A stretch of 64,000 nucleotides of DNA, from the NCBI GenBank assembly GCA_964457775.1, contig CAYWEW010000003.1, forward strand, positions 30,776 to 94,775, in the 5' to 3' direction. The notes under the pieces were generated by a model. The model ran no database searches. It was not told the origin of the DNA and saw only the letters and a list, made by a program, of their open reading frames with translations. Below, in pieces: positions 19,539 to 28,962 of this stretch (position 1 is the stretch's first letter; each line of letters starts with the position of its first letter). The stretch comes from an uncultured Candidatus Saccharibacteria bacterium. GTDB lineage: Bacteria; Patescibacteriota; Minisyncoccia; Phycocordibacterales; UBA5272. The position numbers and the translations under genes were made by a program.

Positions 19539-19625
19539 TTTTATTGTTTACTTTTATATTAAACAATAGTAGTATTTATTCTCGAACATTCAAATAATCA
19601 TGTTTGGATGAATTGTGGAGGATAT

Positions 19626-19955
19626 ATGGGACTATATTCAGTTGTGATTATTTCACATGACGAGCTCGACCATATTGAATCTGATTCAAATTTCGGCAAA
19701 AACCTTTCAAGAGCAATTAAAGGTCGGCGTATTTCGGATAAGCGGACCACAATAGTTCCTGCTGGTGGGTGTGGTAAATCTGCAGAAGTAGTTGGAAAGT
19801 GTTTTCAAGGAAGTGATGCTCAAATAGTCGTTATAGAGGGTGGAACTGGATGGATTGCAAACGGAGATGAAAAGCCAAGTTGGTCATCTCTTACATGGAA
19901 GATGGTAAAAGAAGTTTTTTCAGGAATTATTCCCAAAAGAAACAAAAAAAATTAA
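19626..19955 (+). CDS. Hypothetical protein
   Basis: GGAGG SD before ATG 19626; terminator at 19973-19999. Confidence 0.6.
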   Translation: MGLYSVVIISHDELDHIESDSNFGKNLSRAIKGRRISDKRTTIVPAGGCGKSAEVVGKCFQGSDAQIVVIEGGTGWIANGDEKPSWSSLTWKMVKEVFSGIIPKRNKKN

Positions 19956-19972
19956 TGAAAAAGTTCAAAAGT

Positions 19973-19999
19973 ATGCGCGACCACGAAGTGGTCGCGCAT
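19973..19999 (+). terminator. Intrinsic terminator
   Basis: atgcgcgaccac-gaa-gtggtcgcgcat followed by a T-run. Confidence 0.75.
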
Positions 20000-20015
20000 T
20001 TTTATATTCTTCCTG

Positions 20016-20024
20016 TTATCCACA
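20016..20024 (+). promoter_or_regulatory. DnaA box upstream of mraZ
   Basis: TTATCCACA. Confidence 0.5.
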
Positions 20025-20050
20025 GGTATTTTCTAGGAAAAAATATACAA

Positions 20051-20086
20051 AGTGGAGTATAATGGGTCTTAGTGGGGCTAAGTGGG
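20051..20086 (+). promoter_or_regulatory. MraZ-binding direct repeats
   Basis: agtgga/aatggg/agtggg/agtggg at exact 10-bp period directly upstream of mraZ. Confidence 0.75.
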
Positions 20087-20115
20087 AGCTTTTCTTCACT
20101 ATTTATTTACTGAAT

Positions 20116-20550
20116 ATGTTAATCGGCCAATACACACACGACCTAGATCCAAAAAAACGACTAACGCTACCATCAAAGTGGCGTTCGGATCTTGGAAAGA
20201 AAGTAGTGGTCACAAGTGGATTAGATAATTCGTTATTTGTTTTCAATGTTAAGGAGTGGGAAGTTTTTGCAAAAAATTTGTCACAACAAGGATTCGGTAA
20301 TATCGACACTCGTAGTTTCAGTCGCTTCATGTTAGGAAATGCGTTTGAAACCGATGTTGATGCTGCTGGAAGAATTGTTATCCCTGATACACTCAAAGAC
20401 TTTGCGCATCTTTCATCAAAAGTAGTCCTAGCCGGTATGTACTCACGTATAGAAATCTGGGATGAAAATGCTTGGAAGTCAAACATCGCAAAAGTTAATG
20501 GTGAAGCAGATGCCTTAGCAGGAAAATTAAGTGAACTAGGTCTCCTATAA
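20116..20550 (+). CDS. mraZ: Division/cell wall cluster repressor MraZ
   Basis: MLIGQYTHDLDPKKRLTLP, DAAGRIVIP, RIEIWD. Confidence 0.95.
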   Translation: MLIGQYTHDLDPKKRLTLPSKWRSDLGKKVVVTSGLDNSLFVFNVKEWEVFAKNLSQQGFGNIDTRSFSRFMLGNAFETDVDAAGRIVIPDTLKDFAHLSSKVVLAGMYSRIEIWDENAWKSNIAKVNGEADALAGKLSELGLL

Positions 20551-20628
20551 AATGAAAATAATATGGAAACAATTTTGTCCCACATATCATTTTTATCTCG
20601 TCCAAAAATAAAGATTAAATTATCCACT

Positions 20629-21519
20629 ATGCATATTCCTGTTCTTTTAAACGAATCAATTGAAGGCTTAAATATAAAAGAGGGTGGCATATATGTTGAC
20701 TGCACAACTAATCGAGGTGGGCATAGTATAAAAATAGCCAAAGCTCTCAAGAAGAGCGGTACATTAATTTGTATTGACCTCGATAAAGTAGCCCTTAAAG
20801 AAGCTGAACAAGAAATTCGTAAAAGTAAGAATGTACCAACATTACATTTTATTCATTCAAATTTTCGCCATCTCCCATCAATATTGAAAGAGTTGGGGAT
20901 TAGCCACGTAGACGGTATTTTAGCTGACTTGGGTCTATCATCTCAAGAGCTAGATGATTCAAAACGAGGTTTCTCATTTCGTTTCGATGAACCGCTTTTG
21001 ATGACATATGATGCCAACCCTACAGAGGATGTAACAACAGCCTTTGATATCGTTAACTACTGGAGTGAATCAACAATTGCAGATATATTATATGGTTTTG
21101 CTGATGAAACGTATCGGGGACGTATTGCAAGTGCAATAGTTAAACGTCGAGAAGAAAAGCAAATCAAAACTACATTTGAGCTTGTCGACGTTATAGCTAG
21201 TGCAGTTCCTACACTCTATCGTCATCGCAAGACACACTTTGCTACCAAAACATTTCAAGCGTTACGTATGGCAGCAAACGATGAATTAGGAAGTATCAAT
21301 GATCTTATAGAATCACTCCCTAACATCCTTGCTTCAAATGGACGCGCATGTATCATTACTTTTCACAGCACAGAAGACAGAATAGTGAAACAAGGTCTTC
21401 GTGCAAAAAGTGACACATTAAAGGCAATTACAAAAAAGGCAATCATCCCGACCGAAGAAGAAATAAATAAAAACCCACGTGCTCGCAGTGCTCAACTTAG
21501 AATCGTTGAAAGAATATAA
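20629..21519 (+). CDS. rsmH: 16S rRNA m4C1402 methyltransferase
   Basis: HIPVLLNE, DLGLSSxxLD, RGFSF, FQALR, NPRARSAQLR. Confidence 0.95.
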   Translation: MHIPVLLNESIEGLNIKEGGIYVDCTTNRGGHSIKIAKALKKSGTLICIDLDKVALKEAEQEIRKSKNVPTLHFIHSNFRHLPSILKELGISHVDGILADLGLSSQELDDSKRGFSFRFDEPLLMTYDANPTEDVTTAFDIVNYWSESTIADILYGFADETYRGRIASAIVKRREEKQIKTTFELVDVIASAVPTLYRHRKTHFATKTFQALRMAANDELGSINDLIESLPNILASNGRACIITFHSTEDRIVKQGLRAKSDTLKAITKKAIIPTEEEINKNPRARSAQLRIVERI

Positions 21520-21524
21520 ATATT

Positions 21525-21842
21525 ATGTCCCCAAAGTATCAATCAATAACACTATATGAAAGAACAGTACATGCCATGTTTGGTACACTTTCTGTACTTG
21601 CATTAATGTATTGTGTTGTTCTGCTCTCACTTGTTTTTTCTGTGATTGAACGTAAACAAAATACTATAGCTGGACGTGATCTTACATCACAATTAAGTGC
21701 TCTTGAAGCAAATTATGCGAATCAGCTTGCATCTATTAATGAATCAACACTTGTTAATCATCAATTTACACGTATTGATGGCACAACTTTTGCAGTACGC
21801 AAAGATGCAATAGCAAGTTATACTGTGCTCTATGCACGCTAG
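21525..21842 (+). CDS. FtsL-like bitopic membrane protein
   Basis: TM + short coiled coil, between rsmH and ftsI. Confidence 0.55.
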   Translation: MSPKYQSITLYERTVHAMFGTLSVLALMYCVVLLSLVFSVIERKQNTIAGRDLTSQLSALEANYANQLASINESTLVNHQFTRIDGTTFAVRKDAIASYTVLYAR

Positions 21843-23586
21843 TAACTCTTTGGAATTATCAGACGAACAAAAAATGCGCTCAACAGATAGGGCGCAGTTC
21901 GTATTTATTTTGTGGTTAATTTTCGCATTTATCATTATTGCTCGCGCATTTTATATACAAGTAATACAGCATAATTATTATACCGATCTTGGTAACAAAC
22001 AGTATATTTCTTCTGTTCCAATTAATTTTGACAGAGGAACAATATTATTTTCACATTACAAAGGGACGCCAGTTCCTGCAGCACAACTTAGAACATCTTA
22101 CCGTGTAGCGCTAGATCCAACACAAATAAAAGATGCAGACTTGTTGTATGCGTCTATGTCAAAGTATATTCCATCACTTGATAAGACAATTTTCATCGAA
22201 AAGGCGACAAAGCAAAATGATCCATATGAAGAGATAGCAAAGGGTGTAACAGAAGACAAGGTAGTATTGCTGAAATTGTTGAAATTAAGAGGAGTGTCTT
22301 ATTTAAAAGATAATGAACGTTCATATCCTCAAGATAATATTGGCGCAAAAGTAGTTGGTTTCGTTGGAAGTGATGGCAAATATACAAAAGGTCAATATGG
22401 ACTTGAACGTTATTATGAAGATGTGTTAGGTAGAAATAGTAGTGAAAAAACCGTGAACTTTTTTGCTGAGTTATTTACTGATATTGAAAAAACAATTGTT
22501 TCCAATCGAGATAAAGAAGAGGGTGATATTATTTTAACAATTGACGCAGAAGCCCAAAGAGTTCTTCATAGTACACTCGTAGAAACAAAGGCAGAATGGA
22601 AGTCCGACGTTATTGGTGGAATTATTATGGACCCAAATACGGGAGCAATTATTGCTATGGAAGCATTACCTTCTTATAATCCAAATAATTTTAACGACGT
22701 AAAAGATTCATCTTTGTATATTAATCAAAATATTTCTGGTGTATATGAAATGGGAAGTATTATAAAACCAATTACCATGGCTGCAGCAATTGATTCTGGG
22801 GCAGTTAATGAAGCAAGTACAACATATAATGACACAGGCTTTCGCGATTTGAATGGATATAAAGTTAGTAACTTTGATGGTAAACCAAGAGGAAGAAATA
22901 CATCTATGCAAATGATTTTAGATAAATCATTAAACGTCGGTATTGTTTTTCTTGTTGAAAGACTCGGAGAAAAACGTTTCCAGGATTATTTTAAAAAGTT
23001 TGGTCTTGGACAAGAAACAGGTATTGATGTACCAGGGGAAGCGAGTGGTTTGACCAAAAACTTAGACAGTAAAGTTTTTGTTGATAGTGCGACCGCTGGA
23101 TTCGGGCAAGGGATAGCCATAACACCAATACAAACCATAAGAGCATTAGCTGCACTTGGAAATGGTGGTAAGTTAGTTTCGCCACATATAGTTGATAGTA
23201 TAGTTTACAAAAACGGTGATGTGAAAAAAATAACCGATGAAGGTTTTGAACAAGTTATTTCTAAAGAAACAAGTGAAAGAATCTCCCGTATGTTGGTACA
23301 CGTTGTGGATACATCTCTCAAAGATGGTAATTACAAAATGGATAGATATACAATTGCTGCCAAAACTGGAACAGCTCAGATGGTTAAGCCTGGCGCCGGA
23401 TATTATGAAGACAGATACCTTCACTCTTTCTTTGGATATTTCCCAGCATATGAACCAAAATATATTATTTTCCTTTTCCATACTTATCCAAAAGGGGCGA
23501 AGTATGCGTCCGCAACTTTAACGGATCCGTTTTTCAAGATAGTTAAGTTTCTTATATCCTATTACGAAGTCCCACCCGACCGTTAG
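21832..23586 (+). CDS. ftsI: Penicillin-binding protein 3 / FtsI
   Basis: YEMGSIIK (SxxK), SLN, KTGTAQ; dcw position. Confidence 0.88.
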   Translation: MHASNSLELSDEQKMRSTDRAQFVFILWLIFAFIIIARAFYIQVIQHNYYTDLGNKQYISSVPINFDRGTILFSHYKGTPVPAAQLRTSYRVALDPTQIKDADLLYASMSKYIPSLDKTIFIEKATKQNDPYEEIAKGVTEDKVVLLKLLKLRGVSYLKDNERSYPQDNIGAKVVGFVGSDGKYTKGQYGLERYYEDVLGRNSSEKTVNFFAELFTDIEKTIVSNRDKEEGDIILTIDAEAQRVLHSTLVETKAEWKSDVIGGIIMDPNTGAIIAMEALPSYNPNNFNDVKDSSLYINQNISGVYEMGSIIKPITMAAAIDSGAVNEASTTYNDTGFRDLNGYKVSNFDGKPRGRNTSMQMILDKSLNVGIVFLVERLGEKRFQDYFKKFGLGQETGIDVPGEASGLTKNLDSKVFVDSATAGFGQGIAITPIQTIRALAALGNGGKLVSPHIVDSIVYKNGDVKKITDEGFEQVISKETSERISRMLVHVVDTSLKDGNYKMDRYTIAAKTGTAQMVKPGAGYYEDRYLHSFFGYFPAYEPKYIIFLFHTYPKGAKYASATLTDPFFKIVKFLISYYEVPPDR

Positions 23587-23702
23587 AAGAAAATTACTTC
23601 ATCTACTTTGTCGCGAGGAGTTTTTTCTCGGTCAATGTACTATATGTACATTTCTCTCGAAAAAACTCCTCGCTTCGCGTATATAAAGCAATTTTCTTCT
23701 AA
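23583..23702. repeat. ~120-bp palindromic (MITE/REP-like) element, copy 1
   Basis: Nested inverted repeats ttagaagaaaatt/aattttcttctaa, gcgaggagttttttc/gaaaaaactcctcgc, aatgtac/gtacatt. Confidence 0.8.
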
Positions 23703-23802
23703 TGGTAAAGTGATGTGATCTAATTACAAGAAATATTATGCCTGTACTTTTTTATAAAATATGGTATAATTAGTAGTAATATTAATTACTCCTTATATAA
23801 AC

Positions 23803-24912
23803 ATGAAAAAAGCAGATCCAAAAAAAGAATATTCCAATTTTAAAGGAGCAGGGAAAAGAAACAATTTTGAAAGAGCTCCAAGGTCTGAAAAGGCAACACT
23901 ACGTAAGCCGTATGTAAACAAAAAATCAATTGCTTCATACGTAGATAAAGCTCCATACATAGCACGTACTGAAAAACCTGTTTATAAAGGAAAAGAATCT
24001 CGTTTATCAGGAACACGAACAAGAAATGAAACCAGAGTTTTTTCGGGCTACACACCGCGTACCTCACACGGAGAAAATTCTTCTCGTGTATCATATGCAT
24101 CAAAAGATACTGAAACAAAAAAACAAGTAGTTGTTCCAGATACCTCTTGGGGTGGTGTTGCAGATTGGTATAATAAACACTTGGAAAAAGGTGATGACAC
24201 TTATCATACGAAAGTAATATTCCCGAATATACTAAGGATGCTTGGTGATGTATCAGGAAAGAAAGTTCTTGATATGGCTTGTGGTCAAGGAATATTCGCA
24301 GAGCAATTGCGTGATAAAGGTGCATTTGTTACTGGGGTTGATATAGCCAAAGAACTTATAAAAATTGCTGAAGAAAAAAGTCAAAATATAAAAGAAAAAG
24401 GAACACACAAAGTTTCTTATCATGTTGCGTCAGCTGAAGATTTGTTTATGTTGAAAGATAAAAGTTTTGACGTTGTTGTTTGTATACTCGCTCTTCAGAA
24501 TATCGAAAATTTACAAAAGACAATTGCCGAAGCTAAGAGAGTTCTTGTAAATGATGGAAAATTTATTTTTGTACTTAATCATCCAAGTTTTAGAAATGCC
24601 AAACAAACTTATTGGGGATATAATGAAAAGGACGGTATTCAATATAGACGTGTAGACGAATATATGTCTGAATCACATGTAAGAATTGATATGACACCAG
24701 GAAGTGTAAAAGATAAAAAGTTCACTGTCTCATTTCATAGACCACTTCAAGTTTATATAAAAGCACTCTCAAAATCAGGTCTCGTTGTTGCTCGTCTTGA
24801 AGAATGGGTAAGTCATCGCGAAAGTGAACGAGGTCCTCGTAAATCTGCAGAAGATAAGGCGCGCAAGGAAATACCTTTGTTTATGTGTATTGAAAGTACA
24901 GTTATTAAATAA
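23803..24912 (+). CDS. Class I SAM-dependent methyltransferase with long basic N-terminal extension
   Basis: VLDMACGQG, SFDVVV, NHPSF, FHRPL. Confidence 0.85.
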   Translation: MKKADPKKEYSNFKGAGKRNNFERAPRSEKATLRKPYVNKKSIASYVDKAPYIARTEKPVYKGKESRLSGTRTRNETRVFSGYTPRTSHGENSSRVSYASKDTETKKQVVVPDTSWGGVADWYNKHLEKGDDTYHTKVIFPNILRMLGDVSGKKVLDMACGQGIFAEQLRDKGAFVTGVDIAKELIKIAEEKSQNIKEKGTHKVSYHVASAEDLFMLKDKSFDVVVCILALQNIENLQKTIAEAKRVLVNDGKFIFVLNHPSFRNAKQTYWGYNEKDGIQYRRVDEYMSESHVRIDMTPGSVKDKKFTVSFHRPLQVYIKALSKSGLVVARLEEWVSHRESERGPRKSAEDKARKEIPLFMCIESTVIK

Positions 24913-24949
24913 AGACAATATGCGAAAGATTATGATATAATTTCTAAAT

Positions 24950-25618
24950 ATGAAAAAATTACATCGTCATCTTGAAACTGTGGAAGGTAAATTTATTATG
25001 AGTGTCGTTGCTGTTGTTGTTATATTGTTTGGATATTATTTCTACGCAACTCCATCACAAGATAATTCTAAAATTGAAGAAATTACTATTTCCGAGACAG
25101 ATCATATTCGTGGAAAGCAAGATGCAAAATTAACTATTGTTGAGTTCGGTGACTATCAGTGCCCGGCTTGTGGAGTATATGAACCACTTATTAGACAAGT
25201 TACGGAAGATAATAAAGATATATTAAAAGTTGTTTTTAAACATTTTCCTTTAACTCAAATTCATCAGAATGCCTTACTTGGTGCAAAAGCAGCTGAAGCC
25301 GCTGGATTACAAGGCAAGTTCTGGGAGATGCATGAAATGCTTTTTGATAAACAAGAGGAATGGTCAAAGGGGATGAATGCCCGTGATTTTATTTTGACAT
25401 ACGCCACAACAATTGGTCTTAACACTAAGAAATTTTCGGATGATTTGAATAGTAAAGCGATCGAAGACAAGATTCTTGCAGAATTAAAAGAAGGAACAAG
25501 ACTTGGTGTTCAAGGTACCCCAACATTCTTTCTAAATGGAAAGAAAATTGATAACCCAACCTCACTTGAGGCTTTTAATAAGCTTATTCTAGAAACTGCA
25601 GCGAATCTACCTAAGTAG
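24950..25618 (+). CDS. DsbA/BdbD-like thioredoxin-fold protein
   Basis: EFGDYQCPAC, KHFPL, GVQGTPTFF; N-terminal TM. Confidence 0.9.
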   Translation: MKKLHRHLETVEGKFIMSVVAVVVILFGYYFYATPSQDNSKIEEITISETDHIRGKQDAKLTIVEFGDYQCPACGVYEPLIRQVTEDNKDILKVVFKHFPLTQIHQNALLGAKAAEAAGLQGKFWEMHEMLFDKQEEWSKGMNARDFILTYATTIGLNTKKFSDDLNSKAIEDKILAELKEGTRLGVQGTPTFFLNGKKIDNPTSLEAFNKLILETAANLPK

Positions 25619-25651
25619 TATTTGTGTTTCCTAACCACTAACCATCCAAAC

Positions 25652-25882
25652 ATGATAAAAGAATTTTTCCTAAAACAAGCTGTTAAGCACGGAACAAAGA
25701 ATCTTCCAAAGGATCAACAGGAGATGCTTCAGAAAGCTGTAGAAAAAGACCCAAAACTTTTCGAAAAGATTGCAAAAGAAATTGATGTTTTGAAGAAAAG
25801 TGGAAAACCAGAGATGTATGCAGCACTTGATGTGATGAAGAAGTATCAGAAAGAGTTGCAAGCTCTTTTTATGGAGAAATAA
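25652..25882 (+). CDS. Small conserved hypothetical protein
   Basis: MIKEFFLK…LPKDQQEML…DPKLFEKIAKEI. Confidence 0.65.
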   Translation: MIKEFFLKQAVKHGTKNLPKDQQEMLQKAVEKDPKLFEKIAKEIDVLKKSGKPEMYAALDVMKKYQKELQALFMEK

Positions 25883-25909
25883 AAAAAGCCACGCATCGCG
25901 TGGCTTTTT
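25883..25909. terminator. Bidirectional terminator between convergent genes
   Basis: aaaaagccacgc-atc-gcgtggcttttt. Confidence 0.8.
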
Positions 25910-25917
25910 AAAATCAT

Positions 25918-26241
25918 CTAGAGTTCCTTTCTGAAATGTAGGTAATTCTCAAGGGGGTGTTCCCGAGCAAACTTTGCATCCAGGTTGTGGCGGATTCTCA
26001 CTGAAGCGACACCATGGCAAATCACATACACCACCCCGACCCATAGCCATTTGATTCCAAAAAAAAGGAACAGCCCGAGTGTAGTAAAAATTCCAAAGAC
26101 AATTAGAATCAGAGCTTGGTAGCGAAAAAAGAAACTGTTTTTGGGAATGAATTCCCGATAAAGATTGTGAGCCCGCATGTTCTCACTAAACCTTAAAGCG
26201 GAATCCTGAGTTTCATAGTTCTTTGTAGTTTCTACACTCAT
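25918..26241 (-). CDS. Hypothetical membrane protein
   Basis: 107 aa, two TM segments, GAGGAG SD. Confidence 0.6.
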   Translation of the reverse strand: MSVETTKNYETQDSALRFSENMRAHNLYREFIPKNSFFFRYQALILIVFGIFTTLGLFLFFGIKWLWVGVVYVICHGVASVRIRHNLDAKFAREHPLENYLHFRKEL

Positions 26242-26399
26242 TACTTTACTCCTCTAATATTTATTAGGAACATTATTCGACAAGTTGTCGATTTATCTTA
26301 AATTATCATATTTAGAGTAAAAGTCAAATAGCTTATACATTATATGGTTAAATCAAACAAAATTACAAGAAATGAATCTTATCCACAGTTGTTCTATTG

Positions 26400-26421
26400 T
26401 ACTAGAACATTTGTTCTAGTA
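26400..26421. promoter_or_regulatory. Putative LexA operator (GAAC-N4-GTTC) overlapping the lexA promoter
   Basis: tactagaaca-tt-tgttctagta inverted repeat; DnaA box TTATCCACA at 26379-26387. Confidence 0.75.
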
Positions 26422-26431
26422 TGATCATAAT

Positions 26432-26989
26432 ATGAAAGACGAACAAGAACTATCACAATTTTTCGCAGAGAATAAACGTATGCCAACGTACGAAGAGATG
26501 AAAAGTATCTTCGGAGTTGCTTCTAAGAATACCGTTGCATACAGAGTGAATAAATTATTAGAAAGTGGTTTCCTTACTAAATCAGGTAATAAACTATTGC
26601 TTACTGAAAGTGGCTATGTAATGCGACTAGGAACAGTACAAGCTGGATTCCCGACAGCCGCTGAAGAAGATATATCGTCTGAATTATTATCACTTGATGA
26701 TTTTTTGGTTGAAAAAAAGAGCTCAACTTATATGTTAGAAGTAATGGGTGAATCGATGAAAGACGCAGGAATACTAGAAGGAGATCTTGTTTTAGTGGAA
26801 AGGGGAAGAACGCCACGGCGTGGAGATATAGTTCTTGCTCTTGTCGATAACGAATATACACTTAAATATTTGGATTCCGAAAATGGTAGACCAATACTTG
26901 TTCCTGCAAATAGAGCTTTTAAAAAAATATATCCGCAAAATTTAAAAATAGAAGCAGTGCTTAAAGCGGTAATTAGAAAATATAGATAA
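26432..26989 (+). CDS. lexA: LexA/UmuD-like S24 autopeptidase with N-terminal wHTH
   Basis: PTxEE…FGVASxNTV HTH, QAGFP cleavage site, GESM, TLKY. Confidence 0.85.
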   Translation: MKDEQELSQFFAENKRMPTYEEMKSIFGVASKNTVAYRVNKLLESGFLTKSGNKLLLTESGYVMRLGTVQAGFPTAAEEDISSELLSLDDFLVEKKSSTYMLEVMGESMKDAGILEGDLVLVERGRTPRRGDIVLALVDNEYTLKYLDSENGRPILVPANRAFKKIYPQNLKIEAVLKAVIRKYR

Positions 26990-27171
26990 TAACAAATATA
27001 TGAAAATTTTAAACATATCAATCGAAATAGTTCATAATCCTAAAAATATTGAATCAACATATCTCAGTCGCAGAAGTGACTTTGTTAGAATTTTAAATAC
27101 AGTATCAGAATTTTAAAATGCATTTTATATTTATTTCAAACTTCCTAGCGAGTAACTAATAACTTTTATTC

Positions 27172-27606
27172 ATGACTATCTCCACCAAACAAGCCATCAT
27201 AAGTATCACAACATCTGGGAAAAATTTTTCTCAAATAAATTATAGTCGTCGTATGTATGCAATAATTAGACGTTATACACCAAATGTTGTTGAAGGCAAC
27301 ACAAATGAATGTTTTGCTGACCTTACAGGACTTAGAACCTTTCTTAAGATGAGTTATAAAGAAATGGCACATAATATTGTTACAGATATAAAAAAAGAGA
27401 TTGGAATTTTTTGTGCTATCCACGTTGTAACACAAGATACTTTTTTGATGGCAAAAAACAGAGCAAAGAAATCAAGAAACATTTCTACATATAAAGAAAT
27501 GAATAAGCTTTTTGCTGGAACATTATTCACTACACGCAGAAGTCAAAAGAATTTAGGATCAAAAAAAGTAAGGTTAACCATTCCTTTTTTAGGCAAAGTT
27601 GTGTAA
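27172..27606 (+). CDS. Truncated, probably inactive Y-family polymerase (DinB/UmuC) derivative
   Basis: IIRRYTPNVVEGNTNECFADLTG resembles the palm S-x-D-E-x-x-x-D region with the catalytic Asp lost; only 144 aa; downstream of lexA. Confidence 0.55.
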   Translation: MTISTKQAIISITTSGKNFSQINYSRRMYAIIRRYTPNVVEGNTNECFADLTGLRTFLKMSYKEMAHNIVTDIKKEIGIFCAIHVVTQDTFLMAKNRAKKSRNISTYKEMNKLFAGTLFTTRRSQKNLGSKKVRLTIPFLGKVV

Positions 27607-27656
27607 ATTTTATTTTATACTAGGTAAATTCAATTGACTATAAATTTGTTAATACT

Positions 27657-27935
27657 CTACACATCAGTAGATCGACGCACTATATCAGATTTATAATTTT
27701 CTGCAGCTGCTTTTATTGCATAATCATTCGAAGCTTCTATTACGATGTCGAGTTTTGCAAGTAGGGCTATAGCTTCTTCACTGGATTGTATACCTTCTGG
27801 ACTACCAAGTACCTCATCGACTTCAGAGAGAAGTCTCCCTGCATGTTCTTCTTTTGTTTCTTTATTGTCTATTCTTGCTTCGTGGTTAAGATTTTCTATA
27901 AATGACTGAAATGCACCATTTTGTTTGTTTTCCAT
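27657..27935 (-). CDS. Hypothetical protein
   Basis: 92-aa acidic ORF. Confidence 0.55.
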   Translation of the reverse strand: MENKQNGAFQSFIENLNHEARIDNKETKEEHAGRLLSEVDEVLGSPEGIQSSEEAIALLAKLDIVIEASNDYAIKAAAENYKSDIVRRSTDV

Positions 27936-28067
27936 AAGACTTCAAGTATATCAGATTAAGAATATGTAATGCTTTGATAAATTAATATGTAATCTTAATA
28001 AAGTGAACTAAAATATATTAATATTTTAGTGTTATAATGTAATTATTAATAGTAAATGCCTTAACTG

Positions 28068-28880
28068 ATGAATTTTTCACAAGAGCCACCAAAAATTGCA
28101 ATACCTGTAGAAGGAAAACCAGAAAGCGAAGAACATTTTTATGAGAGAGTTCTTTCTCCTCGAGACCCATCTTTGTCTGATATTTTTTTAAAGGTTATTG
28201 ATAAACCTTCAATAAACAACGAAGATAAAATGGAATTATTATCTTTTCATCAGAAAATTAAAGATTTAGAAAAATTGGCGATGACTGACATGTTAACTGG
28301 TTTGCCAAACCGAGTAGAGTTTCATAAGGCCTTGGATTGGTTGTTTGCTATAAATAGCAGACGTGATAATGAAAAAGTAAAGTTTAGTCTCGTGGCATTT
28401 GACCTTGATGGTTTTAAAGCAGTGAATGATAGTTTTGGCCACGAAGCTGGTGATAAGTGTTTGCAATTGGTAGCATCTGAGGTTGGGACTGTTGTCAGAA
28501 GTTCAGATGTTTTTGCGCGAGAAGGAGGGGATGAGTTCCTTATACTATTACCAGATGTTGGTGATGAAGGAGCTCAAATTTTAGCTGAAAAAGTTTTTAT
28601 GGCAATAACTAATAGTGTTACAGAAAAACTTAAAGTTATGTATCCTGGAAATGGAGGGATATCTGCTAGTATTGGCGTAGTTACTTACAAAACAGACAGT
28701 GAAAATAATTATGGTAACTTTGATAAAAATGATTTGGTAAAATATGCTGATTATGTAAGATATATGGTAAAAGCAGCTGGTAAAAAAGGAATACTAACAT
28801 ATGAAGAGGCTAGAAAACTTGATGAAGAATCAGGTAATGAATACTGGAAAGCTTACATAGAAGGTAAACACATAGATTAA
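28068..28880 (+). CDS. GGDEF diguanylate cyclase
   Basis: TDMLTGLPNR, DLDGFKAVNDSFGHEAGD, RSSD I-site, GGDEF. Confidence 0.9.
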   Translation: MNFSQEPPKIAIPVEGKPESEEHFYERVLSPRDPSLSDIFLKVIDKPSINNEDKMELLSFHQKIKDLEKLAMTDMLTGLPNRVEFHKALDWLFAINSRRDNEKVKFSLVAFDLDGFKAVNDSFGHEAGDKCLQLVASEVGTVVRSSDVFAREGGDEFLILLPDVGDEGAQILAEKVFMAITNSVTEKLKVMYPGNGGISASIGVVTYKTDSENNYGNFDKNDLVKYADYVRYMVKAAGKKGILTYEEARKLDEESGNEYWKAYIEGKHID

Positions 28881-28962
28881 ATTAGTTTATTACAATAATT
28901 ATTTTTGTGTTAGAATACGATGCATTAATAATTCTAAAACTATTAACTAGTAACTATTAACT

